DNA of 64,000 nucleotides from Octopus vulgaris (GCA_951406725.2 OX597819.1:33232001-33296000); one strand, 5' to 3'; positions 1 to 11,257 are shown, counted from the first letter of the stretch. Program-made: numbers and translations. The notes: a model not told the origin generated them from the sequence alone.

Positions 1-346
1 TAGCACAAGGTGCATAGAGTCCGATCAACCTGAAGGCCTTACTGCTGTATGTCACATCAAGGACGACCAGCCCACCTTCTGGGTCTACATAGACTGTACT
101 TGTCTGTAGAGCCAAGTCTTTACGGATCAGTACCACTACGCCCCCTCGCCCTCCGGTCTGGCCAGGAGACATGATTTTCTCGTAGCCATTCAGGAGAGGC
201 AAGAAGGTTTGTAGGCTGTCCAGCTTGGTCTCTGTAGCAACCATCACATGTATATCATGTGATCTGAGGTCGTCGAGGAAACAAGCCTGCTTCCACTTCG
301 AACTCAGACCACGCACATTTAAACAACCAAGGTTAAGCGAAGCCAT
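1..346 (-). CDS. ORF2 N-terminus, AP-like endonuclease (partial; missed by the ORF track)
   Basis: Manual translation from ATG at 346: MASLNLGCLNVRGLSSKWKQACFLDDLRSHDIHVMVATETKL...GGRGGVVVLIRKD...DPEGGLVVLDV...FRLIGLYAP. This contains the APE motifs NVRGL, xETK, GV and YAP, with no stop before the window edge. Confidence 0.9.
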   Translation of the reverse strand, partial: MASLNLGCLNVRGLSSKWKQACFLDDLRSHDIHVMVATETKLDSLQTFLPLLNGYEKIMSPGQTGGRGGVVVLIRKDLALQTSTVYVDPEGGLVVLDVTYSSKAFRLIGLYAPCA

Positions 347-363
347 TACAAAAAGTAAAAGTT

Positions 364-1767
364 CTACTTACATTTCGTTGGAGAGGTGGGGGCCGACCTC
401 ACCACACGTTTGTGGGCCCCTTCTTTCTCCTCTTTCTTCAGATAGTCCGGCAAGTTTGCGATATGCCGAATGGCGTTTGGGTGTCTGTCTTTTAATTGTT
501 TGAACGTTGTTTCCGCAATCCACGCGTGTCTATTTCGATCTTTGTATTTGTTGTACAGTCTTGCTGACTGATGCTGAGCCACAATATCGTTTATGTATTT
601 GTCTTGTGTGTCGAATTCAATTAATATGAGTTCATTTTCTTTTTTGTCTTCTTTTTCTTTGCCAGTTGAGCGGGATTTTTTTTTCCGTGTCTGTGGTGTG
701 TCTTTGTTTTTATTATTTTTTGTAGGGGTTGTGGACGGGGATGCTGCACGAATTCTTTTACGAACTGGTGTAAATCCCCCTCTGATACCTCCATGGTATC
801 GTCTGGGGTAGCAATAGTTTGTTCGGTAGGCGCCGCAGTTTTTAGGGGGGTGGGAGGCTTTAATAGTGTAGGGGTTTGTGAGTGCGGGGGCTGGGTTTTT
901 TTCTTCAGTCTGTTTTGGGGTTGGCACCGTAACAGCAGGAGTGGGATTTTTTGTTTTTGTAGGGGTAGGTGTGTTTGCAAGGGTAGGGACTTTTTTATTA
1001 TCTGAGGGGCCTGGTGTCTGCGGTTTCTTTTGCTTGTCTGGACAGTCTACACGAATGTGGCCCTTTTTGCCGCAGGCGTAACAGGTGGGTTTTCGGCCTT
1101 CGACCTGTACCCTGAGGGCTACGTTCTCGCCCACGAGCACCCTCTCAGGAAGGAGCTGCAGGTCCTCCGCTGTTCCTTGAATTAATATATTAATGTTACG
1201 CCCGAGCCAAAATAGAGGGGTAGAGCATGTTACTTGAAGTATTTTTATTTTGTCTGCCCTTTTATATAACAGGGCGGCCACTACCTCTACCGGATCTACT
1301 TCCGGCGGGGCTTCTACAATCCTGACCCGGGACGTCCTGCGGCCCCTATAGCTTGGGAAAAGTACCACCTCCTTGGTTTTTAGGGGGTTCACAGAATGCC
1401 CGCGGGCCATTTCTTCCCCCGAGAAGCGAACATCCACAGTGCCATATGCCCGTCCCCTGGCGACGTACACGATGTCCTTCCAAATCGGGGACAGGCATTT
1501 CTCGATGGTGCTTTTTTCAAAGTGTTTGAACCTTCTGCTTTGTGGACAGAAAGTTTTAAACACTACGGTCCGCTTCTCGGTCTCCACGATACTGGCGGAG
1601 GGTGATATTTTAACATCACCACCCTCCTCTTGCATTCTTTTAAATAGCTCGACGAGCTGATTGACATCGATGCCAATGTTCTCGGTAGCCACTGCGGCTA
1701 CCGCAGAAAATTTTTTAACATTGCTCTCCTCAAGAGCACTACTTTCGTGAATAATTTCAACAGACAT
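364..1767 (-). CDS. ORF1 gag-like nucleic-acid-binding protein of the Tx1/L1-clade element
   Basis: Open frame 364-1791 with first ATG at 1767. It has the CX2CX4HX4C knuckle CYACGKKGHIRVDC followed by a P/T/K-rich tail, and lies directly upstream of the APE ORF2. Confidence 0.85.
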   Translation of the reverse strand: MSVEIIHESSALEESNVKKFSAVAAVATENIGIDVNQLVELFKRMQEEGGDVKISPSASIVETEKRTVVFKTFCPQSRRFKHFEKSTIEKCLSPIWKDIVYVARGRAYGTVDVRFSGEEMARGHSVNPLKTKEVVLFPSYRGRRTSRVRIVEAPPEVDPVEVVAALLYKRADKIKILQVTCSTPLFWLGRNINILIQGTAEDLQLLPERVLVGENVALRVQVEGRKPTCYACGKKGHIRVDCPDKQKKPQTPGPSDNKKVPTLANTPTPTKTKNPTPAVTVPTPKQTEEKNPAPALTNPYTIKASHPPKNCGAYRTNYCYPRRYHGGIRGGFTPVRKRIRAASPSTTPTKNNKNKDTPQTRKKKSRSTGKEKEDKKENELILIEFDTQDKYINDIVAQHQSARLYNKYKDRNRHAWIAETTFKQLKDRHPNAIRHIANLPDYLKKEEKEGAHKRVVRSAPTSPTKCK

Positions 1768-2144
1768 TATTCTGTTGAAATTAGACAACACAAAAATTAC
1801 GAATATAGGTTTCCCACAAAACTGGGAAACCTATAGAAAGTTTTTCTTCCAAAGTAGTTCAAAAAAGCAGTTCAAAAATTCCAATTCCCACCCCCATTCG
1901 GGGGAGGGGCACGAAAATAGTCTGGCAGGACTATATATAGTCACGTAAATAAAAACCACAATGGCTAACAGTTCAACGGTTAGAAATTATTCAATTATTT
2001 CCCGGTAAAACCGGAGAACAAGACAGTTCAGCAACGTTTAAAGGCAAATTTTCAGTAGTAGGAATTCAACAATTAACAACACAGCAAAACTCTTACCGGG
2101 AAGAAAACGCGTCCAAACCGTAGTACGGTAAGCAAAGTCAGTGA

Positions 2145-2180
2145 GGTTAGCAAGCTACTTACCACACAGCCACTCCTGCG
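2145..2180 (-). mobile_element. First ~36 nt (tRNA-like head, A-box) of a family-A SINE
   Basis: Reverse complement cgcaggagtggctgtgtggtaagtagcttgctaacc is identical to the head of the SINE at 2690. Confidence 0.8.
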
Positions 2181-2689
2181 TCATATAATCATGTATATGA
2201 CTTGAGATGTTCACCTTGCTTTAACGTTTGTTGTCCTCTTTAACAATTTAAAGATATCTGCTATATCGGAGATCTGCAATGGTTCCATAACTGCCGTCTC
2301 GGCTATAACCTTGAAGCCCTAGCAATCCGTTACAGCACTTACCTAGCGTACCTAATCGCTTAGATCACCTGTGAACTAAACCACCATCTTTTGTACATAC
2401 ATACATGTATATAAATATGGCAAAGGGCAGAAGAGTTCATGAGCAGTCAACGGTCATCCGACAATATGTGCACATGTAAATGTATGCATGTATATATGCG
2501 CAGGGACGTGGAAATACCTGGGTTGGTATCTAGGCGCGCGGTTGGTCCACTGAGAGTGGGAGGCCCCTCTGTTGTTGTCACAACGTCTCTCTTGGAGAGG
2601 GAAACTCTTAGAAAAAGCCTACTGCACAAACAATATTCGATGACGTAGACTAGTTCATTTCAAGTTTATATTGTCCATGTTCAAGTAGT

Positions 2690-2862
2690 GGCGCAGGAGT
2701 GGCTGTGTGGTAAGTAGCTTGCTAACCAGCCACATGGTTCCGGGTTCAATCCCACTGCGTGGCATCTTGGGCAAGTATCTTCTGCTATAGCCCCGGGCCG
2801 ACCAAAGCCTTGTGAGTGGATTTGGTGGACGGAAACTGAAAGAAGCCTGTCGCATATATATG

Positions 2863-2897
<35 letters not shown>

Positions 2898-3118
2898 ATG
2901 TTTGTGTGTCTGTGTTTGTCCCCCTAGCATTGCTTCACAACCGATGCTGGTGTGTTTATGTCCTCGTTACTTAGCGGTTCGGCAAAAGAGACAGATAGAA
3001 TAAATACTGGGCTTACAAAGAATAAGTCCCGGGGTCGATTTGCTCGACTAAAGGCGGTGCTCCAGCATGGCCGCAGTCAAATGACTGAAACAAGTAAAAG
3101 AGTAAAAGAGTAAAGAGT
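2690..3118 (+). mobile_element. tRNA-derived SINE, family A (internal TA/TG microsatellite, (GTAAAAGA)n tail)
   Basis: A-box-like tggctgtgtggt, B-box ggttcaatccc, conserved body, tandem tail. Near-identical copies at 36376 and 51566. Confidence 0.85.
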
Positions 3119-3340
3119 GGGTTTGGATTTGTGCAAATCCTTTCCCAACTATAAATAATCATCATGCGCAGGCATCACTTGAAAAAAAAGTAAGACCTAT
3201 CACAAAAATGACTGGTCTTAGCCTTTGCATGTGTGGGCTTTCAATCAGGTGATAGTGATACTCGAACACGAGTTTTCAGCCTTGATACTTATGAATATGT
3301 ATGTGTTTAGCCTCCTATGGGCAATAAAGAAATAAATATA

Positions 3341-3491
3341 CAGGAGGATCACTTAAATATGATTTTATTGAACATATTCCCCTCTCAGACCCACTCATTT
3401 ATTGCAGCGGTCCTTCAGTTTTTCCTAAGCCCTACAATAGATCTTGGAATATTGGGCCGTTAAAGCCAGGAGGTTTTCAGAAACCCGCCGT
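3341..3491 (-). mobile_element. mariner-derived MITE fragment
   Basis: Reverse-complement similarity to the MITE at 18451-18659. Confidence 0.55.
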
Positions 3492-3984
3492 ATATCTATT
3501 CTCATCTGCCCATGCAGGTAACGCCATTCTTATTATCAAATGCAACGTTGAAGTGACCAAAACTATAAAGAAGACTCGATAAAATGCTTTGTCATTTTCA
3601 GTAATATATTCCATGTTCTGATTGCAAGTACTGATTAGATTGATTTTTCTGTTCAACCCTGATCCCTCAGCGTAACGAAATAAATACCAGTTAAATTACT
3701 GATGTCTATTCAGTCGGTCGTATATCTCTTCTATAATTGTGTGAAGTTGAAGAGCCAACATACGAGCTGCGATGAAGTCGTATTTGCTACAAAAAGTAGC
3801 AGTCTCTGTTCAGGACACACTCTTCAGAAGGACGTATTTGATACTGTTGACATAGATAACTATAAAGTGACAACATGATCACATTTCGAATGCCTGCTCA
3901 GTCAGGATTGACCTGGGGCTAGACAAAATCACGTTGAACTGTATTTTTATATAGTTATTAAGGTCACTTCTCTTGCTAGAATCC

Positions 3985-4450
3985 TAGTGTTGCTATTGCT
4001 TCAATGATGCTATGCATTTGTTGCTTTGGTTTCGATGTTGCTACTCGCTCGCTGTTACTAAGGCCTTGGTGTTGCAATTTCCTTGATGTTGCAGTGGATC
4101 AAAAGAGGCTTGATGTTGTTTATAAGTCTTCATGTCTATATGGTCGTACAAATTACCAAGATATCACTGTCGCTATGGACTTGATGTCGCTGTGGTCTTG
4201 CTGTTATTATGGTCTCACAACTGTTATACATTTGATGTAATTATCGTCGTATTGTTGCAATGTTCTTTTATATTATTATCGTTTTGCCGCACCTATGGTC
4301 ATGCCTTTGCTACGGTCTTGCCGCTGCTATGGTCTTGCTGTTGTTACGGCCTTGACGTTGTTATAGTTTTGTCATTGCTATGTTTCATCGTTCCTACGAT
4401 TTTGCTGTTCTTAACGACTTGACGCTGCTGTGTTCTTGCTATTGCCATGT
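3985..4450. repeat. Degenerate short-unit tandem repeat (gctatggtcttgatgtt-like)
   Basis: Recurring tggtcttg/ttgatgttgct motifs. The overlapping Cys/Leu-rich ORFs are by-products. Confidence 0.55.
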
Positions 4451-5485
4451 TCTTTTTATTCATGTACCATTATTGGTTGTAAACAGAGATTTCCTTCTCT
4501 TTGGTGCTGATATGTAAGGAATAACTGTCCAATAGATGCGATATGAAATTCATTTCTCAGCTTGTGTCCTTTACACGGGGTTGAAATTTTAAGTGAAAGC
4601 AACAAACTGTCTCAAGCTCTGAGACAATTTTACTAAGACAAACGACCAAGTTGCTAATGAGCCTATTATCTGTATTAGTATTACACTGAAGCGGCTTTTC
4701 GATCATGCTTACGTTCTGAGTTCAAATACCGTCAGGGTTGACTTTGCTTTTCACCCTATCGGATCGATAAAATAAATACCAGCTGAGCACTGAGGTCGAT
4801 CTAATCGACTTGGCTCTTTCCCGAAACTGCTGGCTTTGTGCCAAAATCTGAAAATAGTATTATTATTAACATAGTTGCTGTTAGTGTTTAATCCCAGATT
4901 AAATTTGATTACATATACTTTTGATTAAATGTATTCCGCCCGCAACCATTCCATCATGTTTCTCATTCATTTTCTTCCTCTGTTCCTATTCTTTAATTTC
5001 ATTTAATATATACATTCTTTATCTGTTATCGTTTAATTTTTATCTTGTTTCAGCCTTTGGGGCTGTAACAATATTCAGGGATCCTTAGATATTCTTCACT
5101 ATTATAGGAACAAGACCTCAAATTTTCTTGAGTGTGAGGGATGGGGGTTAAGTCGACTACACCGACTCCAGTGTTCAAATGGTACCACCTTGAAGGGTGT
5201 AATCGAACAAATCATCCCCAGTACTTAATTCTGAAAGCTGATATTTATTCTACCAACCGAATCGCTAATGTTACGGGGATGTAAACAAACCAACGCCAAT
5301 TGTCGGGCGGCATTGAGGCACTAAGACACGCACAAGACACGCTCGAACACACGCGAGCACACACACGCACACACATACATACATGCATACTTGCATACAT
5401 ACATACATACATACTTACATCCATCCATACATACATACATACATTCATATATATATATATAAATGCCATGACTGACCGCTAAATC

Positions 5486-5650
5486 CACACTTTTTTTTAT
5501 TCTTTCTTTGTTTATTTTCCATGTTCCTTTCTGTTGAACAGCGTTGGCCCGAAACGTAAAAGACTTTCTCACCTTCCCGAGCGTTAAAATAATACGCCTG
5601 CTTGTTTGTACACCTGTCTTCGTCTTTTGCTTTTTCTGTAAACTTCAACT
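5486..5650 (+). mobile_element. Penelope-like pLTR remnant with a decayed minimal hammerhead (5527-5562)
   Basis: cttt..ttgaacagcgttggcccGAAACGTAaaag, T-rich tail, ends in (TA)n. Confidence 0.5.
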
Positions 5651-5689
5651 ATATATATATATATACATGTGTCGAGCTGGCGGCGAGCT

Positions 5690-5920
5690 GGCGGCGAGCT
5701 GGCAGGAACGTTAGCACGCCGGGCGAAATGCGTAGCCGTATTTCATCTGCCGTTACGTTCTGAGTTCAAATCCCGCCTAGGTCGACTTTGCCTTTCATCC
5801 TTTCGGGGTCGATAAATTAAGTACCAGTTACGCATTGGGATCGATGTAATCGACTTAATCCGTTTGTCTGTCCTTGTTTGTCCCCTCTGTGTTTAGCCCC
5901 TTGTGGGTAGTAAAGAAATA
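5690..5920 (+). mobile_element. tRNA-derived SINE, family B (Meta-SINE-like core)
   Basis: Head ggcggcgagctggcag, B-box gagttcaaatccc, core gcctttcatcctttcggggtcgataaattaagtaccag. More than 10 copies in the window. Confidence 0.8.
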
Positions 5921-5953
5921 TATATATACATGTGTGTGTGTGTGTGTGTGATA

Positions 5954-6166
5954 ATATGTGACAATTAGTTGGTTGCCATAATAAAACTCAGAGTTTCGGA
6001 TACCGGGGCTGAAGTCTGCCTCGGCATCTCATCAGTTATTTCCCTTTATTCAACGGTTTTTTTCATAGCGTTTTGTCTTAAAAACTGATGAGATGCCGAG
6101 GCAGACTTCAGCCCCGGTATCCGAAACTCTGAGTTTTATTATGACAACCAACTAATTGTCACATAT
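5954..6166. repeat. Inverted repeat (arms ~5954-6037 and ~6083-6166), Penelope-like inverted pLTR
   Basis: ~83-bp arms nearly perfectly complementary, flanked by TG/TA repeats. Confidence 0.85.
5980..6040 (-). ncRNA. Type I hammerhead ribozyme
   Basis: aataa-CUGAUGA-stem II (gatgccgagg/ccccggtatc)-GAAAC-ucuga-GUU-ttatt. Stem I is 5 bp, stem III is near-palindromic. Confidence 0.75.
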
Positions 6167-6231
6167 ATATAGATAAATTTCTCTATTATACATAGCATCG
6201 AGGTCTCATTCATTCTTTTGTTGTCATATTA

Positions 6232-6313
<82 letters not shown>

Positions 6314-6796
6314 CGGGCTTCTTTCAGCTCTCTCTACCAAATCTGATCTGTTGTGGAACACACTCGTCCAATTTGCAGGGCAGTGGGACTGAACCCAAGA
6401 CCATATGGTTGAGAAGCAAGCCATCCCTGCGCCTATATTCTACGTTTGCACCTTAGATGAAATAGTTTTAATCATTTAGCGAGCATCGTAAAGTAACTTT
6501 GAAGATGGCTATCAAATTTCTATTCATCATTCGCCAAAAAAAAAAGAAAAACTGTTCAAACATTTCTATTTTAATGAAGTTATGAGAAAAGAAAGCTTGT
6601 TCTACTTTGAGGTAAAGACAATTATGAACTCTTCAGAAATATATAGACACTGATGATAACACAGTTCGCGTTTCCGAGATACTGTATGCAAAACTTGGCA
6701 AAATTTTGGGCTATAGTTCCTCTTCGTCAGAAGGTTGAATGAAGTTTACTAAAGTATTTATGAAGCAGAGAAGATATACGTTGCGAAACAAAATAT

Positions 6797-7232
<436 letters not shown>

Positions 7233-7783
7233 GAGTGAGAGAGCAGTGCATGCCATCAAAGTGCCACTAGGGTAAAATATACGAAGCCCAGTGTACCTAT
7301 CATGACTACCTGTCTGATAAGGGTTCACCAGGCACATGCATCACAACCATATGTACGCTACATGATTTCGTATCAAGATAAACAGCACATGACCTTGCAG
7401 GTGGGGCCCAATTAGAATTTTCTTCAGGTTGAGTAGCCCATCCCGCACAAAAGATCCCTGAATAAGGGTTGTTTAAAGATGTTGAACAAAACACTCATGT
7501 TTCCAGAGGTGAATTATTCAAACCTCCAAAATTCCCTCTCAACACATGGCTATGATGCTCCCCCACTACTTGTGCTCGTGATCAGAGATGCACATATCGT
7601 CAGCCACTAAGGGACATGCTCAACTGGTTAAGGTCAAACAACTGACAAGCAAATCTGTGGTATTGAGCAGAATATTTGCTGTAGCCCATCTTTTATACCA
7701 AAACAAAACAATGTACATGATAACACTTCCAATCAGTTAAGATCAGAAGCCATGAGAGCCACTGCCTGGTACTGCATCAGGGC

Positions 7784-7787
<4 letters not shown>
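7233..7787 (-). mobile_element. Non-coding ~555-bp (TAA)n-targeted retroposon, full-length copy 1
   Basis: On + it runs gagtgagagagcagtgcatgcc...gcatcagggcattt, with (ATT)n on both sides. Seven further copies or fragments in the window. Confidence 0.9.
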
Positions 7788-7835
<48 letters not shown>

Positions 7836-7852
7836 TGTTGTTGTTGTTGTTG

Positions 7853-7886
<34 letters not shown>

Positions 7887-8059
7887 TTTTTTTTTCTTCT
7901 TTCAAATTTGCTTCCATTTCTTGCCGAGTGTCTTCCCGACTCCTAGGGCAAAGAAACTCATAGTATACATTGGTAGGCCATTAAACCAAACTCAGTAGTT
8001 CGTTCATTTAAAATTTTTTTTTTTTAAGTTAAATTAAAATACATGAGCAGCAACAGTTC

Positions 8060-10489
8060 TCACATCGACAATGCTCTTCTCAATACGTGTGATGTACCAG
8101 TTAAGACAATCTTTTGCACTTCTTGCAGGGATTGTAAGCCAGGGATCATTCTCATATAATTTTCGGTTCCCTTCTTGATCATTCCTAGTGCTCCTACGAT
8201 CACTGGTATTGTAACCGCCTTGAGATGCCACATTTTCTCAATTTCAATGAGTAGGTCTTTATATTTTCTGAGCTTGTCAAACTCTTTCGCTGAGATATTA
8301 TGATCACAGGGGATGCTCATGTCGATCAATAAGCAAACTTTATTGTTTTGGTCTTTCACAACAATATCTGGTTTATTGGCCTTGATGGTTCGGTCTGTAT
8401 GTATTGGAAAGTCCCACAGAATGGTTACATTTTCTCCTTCAGTTACAGCCTCAGGGTGGTGATTATACCACTTGTCGGCAGTTTTGATATTGTAATGCCG
8501 ACTTATTAGCCAGTGTAGATATTGGCCAACTCTGTCATGTCTTAATTTATACTCCACTGGAGCTAAGACTTTACATCCAGAGATTAGGTGGTCCACTGTT
8601 TCAATCATGTAGTTGCAGAATCGGCATTTTGGGTCTGCTCCATTTTTCATCACATTGGCCTGGTAGTTCCGGGTTAATAGGCTTTGATCTTGAGCAGCCA
8701 GGATGACACCTTCGCTCTCTGCTTTTAGCCCTGAGCTCCGTAGCCACTGATGGGTTTGCTTCTGGTCAACATCAGCTTGTTTGCTGCGGGTCACATATTT
8801 GCCGTGCAGAGGTTTCTCCTCCCACCTATCAGCCAATTGCTCGTGCGCTTTTTTCGTTGCCATTATTTTCACCTTCTTTGCAACAATAATTGCCGTACTT
8901 CCCTCGGCTTGTTCTGTTTGGGTATCCTGCACGAGATCAATAGCAAATTTTTTGCTTTCCTTTATGATAGAATGAAGCTTCTTTCGTCTCTCGTGATTTT
9001 CCACGAGCTTTAGCATCCAGTCATTCGATATATTGAGATATTTGGCCAGTCCAATTGTGGTTGTTTTGTAAGCTAGTTCAAATTGGATCAGGCCTCGACC
9101 TTCTTGGGCTCTGGGAAGGTAAAGGCGATCTACGTCTGCCTTTGGGCGGTGCATCCTATTACAACTCAGCAGCTTGCGTATTTTCCTATCTATATTTTTT
9201 ACTTCACTCATATTCCAGTTCAACACATTGTAGCTATAAGTAACAACTGGAACTGCTAAGGAATTTATAGCTAACACCTTGTTACGTGCATTTAGTTCAG
9301 ATTTCAAGACTGCACGAACTCTCCTATAACATTCCTTCCTGATCTTCTCTTTCATGCTTGCATGCTGAATACCAGAGCCTTCATTTATCCCTAAATATTT
9401 GTATGTTTGTTCTTGCTCAAGCTCTCTTATGACTGTGTCAACATCTAACACGACTGAATTTGTGGTCTTCACTTTCCCTTTCTGGAAAGTGGCCTTGGCA
9501 CACTTCTCAAGTCCAAACTCCATCCCGATGTCATCGCTGAATGCTTTCACAGTGCGCAATAGGCCTTCAAGTTCATTATTGTTTTTACCATAAAGTTTTA
9601 AGTCATCCATATAAAATAGATGGCTTATTTTTTTATTGGCAATTTTATACCCATACCCTGTTCTGTTTAATTCACTTGTAAGGGGTATTAGGGCTATGCA
9701 GAATATTAAAGGTGAAAGTGAGTCACCTTGAAAAATTCCACAGTTGATGTTTATATTTTCTGAGGCAAGTACTCCATTAGAGTGGTATAATTGGAGATTC
9801 GTATTCCACAACGACATATTGTGCTTCAGGAAGTTTGAAATCACAGGGGAAATTTTGAAGATGTCCAGCGATCTCAAGATCCATGGATGCGGTATACTGT
9901 CGAAGGCCTTTTTATAGTCAATCCATGAGGTGCTGAGATTTCTGCGCTTGTTGTGACAGTTCTCAAGGATCATACGATTGATTAGCAGTTGATCTTTGCA
10001 TCCGTAAGAGCCTCGGCGGCACCCTTTTTGTTCAATGGGGAAAATATCGTTCTTCTCCATGAATGCATATGTTTTCTCCGCCAGGATAGATGTTAGGATT
10101 TTATACGTGGTGGATAGACAGGTTATAGGCCGATAGTTTTTCGGAAGGTTGGTTTCGTTATTCTTTGGGAGTAGGTAAGTAATGCCACTTGCTAACCATT
10201 CAGGTGTTTTCTTTGGGTCTCTCATAATTCCATTGAGCAGCTGAACTAGCTTACCGTGTGCACATGGGAGCGATGCGAGCCAGAAATTCGGCACCCTATC
10301 TTTACCGGGGGATTTCCAATTATGGGCCTTCGTGAGTGCCTTTCTTAGGTCTGCTATTGTGATGTCTTCCCATGCTTGTTGTTGTAAATTTTGGTAGGAT
10401 CCTTCAGTTTGTATAATCCAGTCTGCATTTATGTTGTACGTCTTCTTGTCACTCCAAATCCTTTTCCAAAAGTTTTGAACTTCTTCCAT
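8060..10489 (-). CDS. Reverse transcriptase plus restriction-like endonuclease (R4/Dong)
   Basis: RT motifs KSPGKD, YRPITCL, IDYKKAFDS, GIFQGDSLSP and YMDD. C-terminal CRFC..ETVDHLISGC, RHD, KPDIVV..DMSIP and KLRKY. Confidence 0.92.
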   Translation of the reverse strand: MEEVQNFWKRIWSDKKTYNINADWIIQTEGSYQNLQQQAWEDITIADLRKALTKAHNWKSPGKDRVPNFWLASLPCAHGKLVQLLNGIMRDPKKTPEWLASGITYLLPKNNETNLPKNYRPITCLSTTYKILTSILAEKTYAFMEKNDIFPIEQKGCRRGSYGCKDQLLINRMILENCHNKRRNLSTSWIDYKKAFDSIPHPWILRSLDIFKISPVISNFLKHNMSLWNTNLQLYHSNGVLASENININCGIFQGDSLSPLIFCIALIPLTSELNRTGYGYKIANKKISHLFYMDDLKLYGKNNNELEGLLRTVKAFSDDIGMEFGLEKCAKATFQKGKVKTTNSVVLDVDTVIRELEQEQTYKYLGINEGSGIQHASMKEKIRKECYRRVRAVLKSELNARNKVLAINSLAVPVVTYSYNVLNWNMSEVKNIDRKIRKLLSCNRMHRPKADVDRLYLPRAQEGRGLIQFELAYKTTTIGLAKYLNISNDWMLKLVENHERRKKLHSIIKESKKFAIDLVQDTQTEQAEGSTAIIVAKKVKIMATKKAHEQLADRWEEKPLHGKYVTRSKQADVDQKQTHQWLRSSGLKAESEGVILAAQDQSLLTRNYQANVMKNGADPKCRFCNYMIETVDHLISGCKVLAPVEYKLRHDRVGQYLHWLISRHYNIKTADKWYNHHPEAVTEGENVTILWDFPIHTDRTIKANKPDIVVKDQNNKVCLLIDMSIPCDHNISAKEFDKLRKYKDLLIEIEKMWHLKAVTIPVIVGALGMIKKGTENYMRMIPGLQSLQEVQKIVLTGTSHVLRRALSM

Positions 10490-10524
10490 GGGAGGGGTGT
10501 CTTTAACGGTTACTTTCTCCTTCC

Positions 10525-11076
10525 CTATTTCTCTGTAGAATTTTTGGCATTGGATGTGAACAGCTTATTTTGCTTGTAAAACTTGTTTCTCTTCTCAAAT
10601 CTTCGTATTCTTTGGGCTTTTGCTTGGACTTTTTGTTTCAGCGTTTCTTTTATTGATATCAGTTCTTCTCTTGGTGAGGATCCAAATTTTCTCTTCATCT
10701 TTCTTCCTGTTCTGGATCTTACATCATTTCCACATATTAGTTCATTTAATATTGATATTTCCCCTCTCATAAATTCAATCTCTTTTTCAATTTTACTTCT
10801 CCAGGTTTGATTTCTTCCCAGGTTTGGTTTTCTTTGTTTTTTCGGCGGCATACAGCTGGTTTCAATTGCCCTAGCAGAAGCGTAAATAATTTCATTTAAC
10901 TCAGTAAAATCAGGTTTTAATTCTCGTATTATTTCATTTGTTACATAGTTGCCAATTTGGATTTGTTTTTTATTTTGGTTTGTATTTGAGAGTTTATGAA
11001 GTGGTTCTCTATCATTCATACTTGTATGTCTTACAACTTCAAGTGTATTCAGGATTTTCTGCCTCATTTCTGCCAT
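10525..11076 (-). pseudogene. Frameshifted upstream part of the same R4/Dong ORF
   Basis: Basic pre-RT region (..LKQKVQAKAQRIRRFEKRNKFYKQNKLF..) in a different frame from the RT ORF, implying one frameshift near 10500-10550. Confidence 0.8.
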
Positions 11077-11257
11077 AGACTCTCTGTGTTCTTCAGCAAA
11101 TGCGAGATCTTCAGTTACTGTTGTTTTTTCGTTTTCCTGGCTATCTTTAACAGGTACAATAGAATTTCTTGTATCTTCAGGCCTTTGCGTACTTTGGTCA
11201 GATGGCAGTCTTTCAATTAAGCCTCGTGGCGGGCTATACTGTTCATCTGATTCTTCA

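Larger units (their letters stand above)
1..2144 (-). mobile_element. Tx1/L1-clade non-LTR retrotransposon, 5' part (5'UTR, ORF1, start of ORF2; runs off the left edge of the window)
   Basis: ORF1 with a CCHC knuckle is followed 17 nt later by an APE endonuclease ORF. The 5'UTR (1768-2144) ends abruptly against a SINE head fragment. Confidence 0.85.
5185..6434 (-). mobile_element. Family-A SINE split by nested insertions into its internal microsatellite
   Basis: The 3' half (~5185-5340) and 5' half (~6313-6434) both match the 2690 SINE in reverse complement. Confidence 0.65.

Noticed and set aside
2690-2765. tRNA-like sequences at SINE heads (also ~26010-26081, ~42100-42170, ~62440-62510)
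   Set aside because: They continue directly into multi-copy SINE bodies and lack a proper acceptor stem, so they are not called as tRNA genes.
7730-7787. 5' end of the 555-bp element has motifs in the same order as vertebrate tRNA-Sec (GCCC.GATG, CAGTGG, GGCTTC), and short 28S-like words further in
   Set aside because: Only short words match, the spacing differs, and no cloverleaf, B-box or HDV-like fold could be built by hand. An Infernal search would be needed before claiming any origin.
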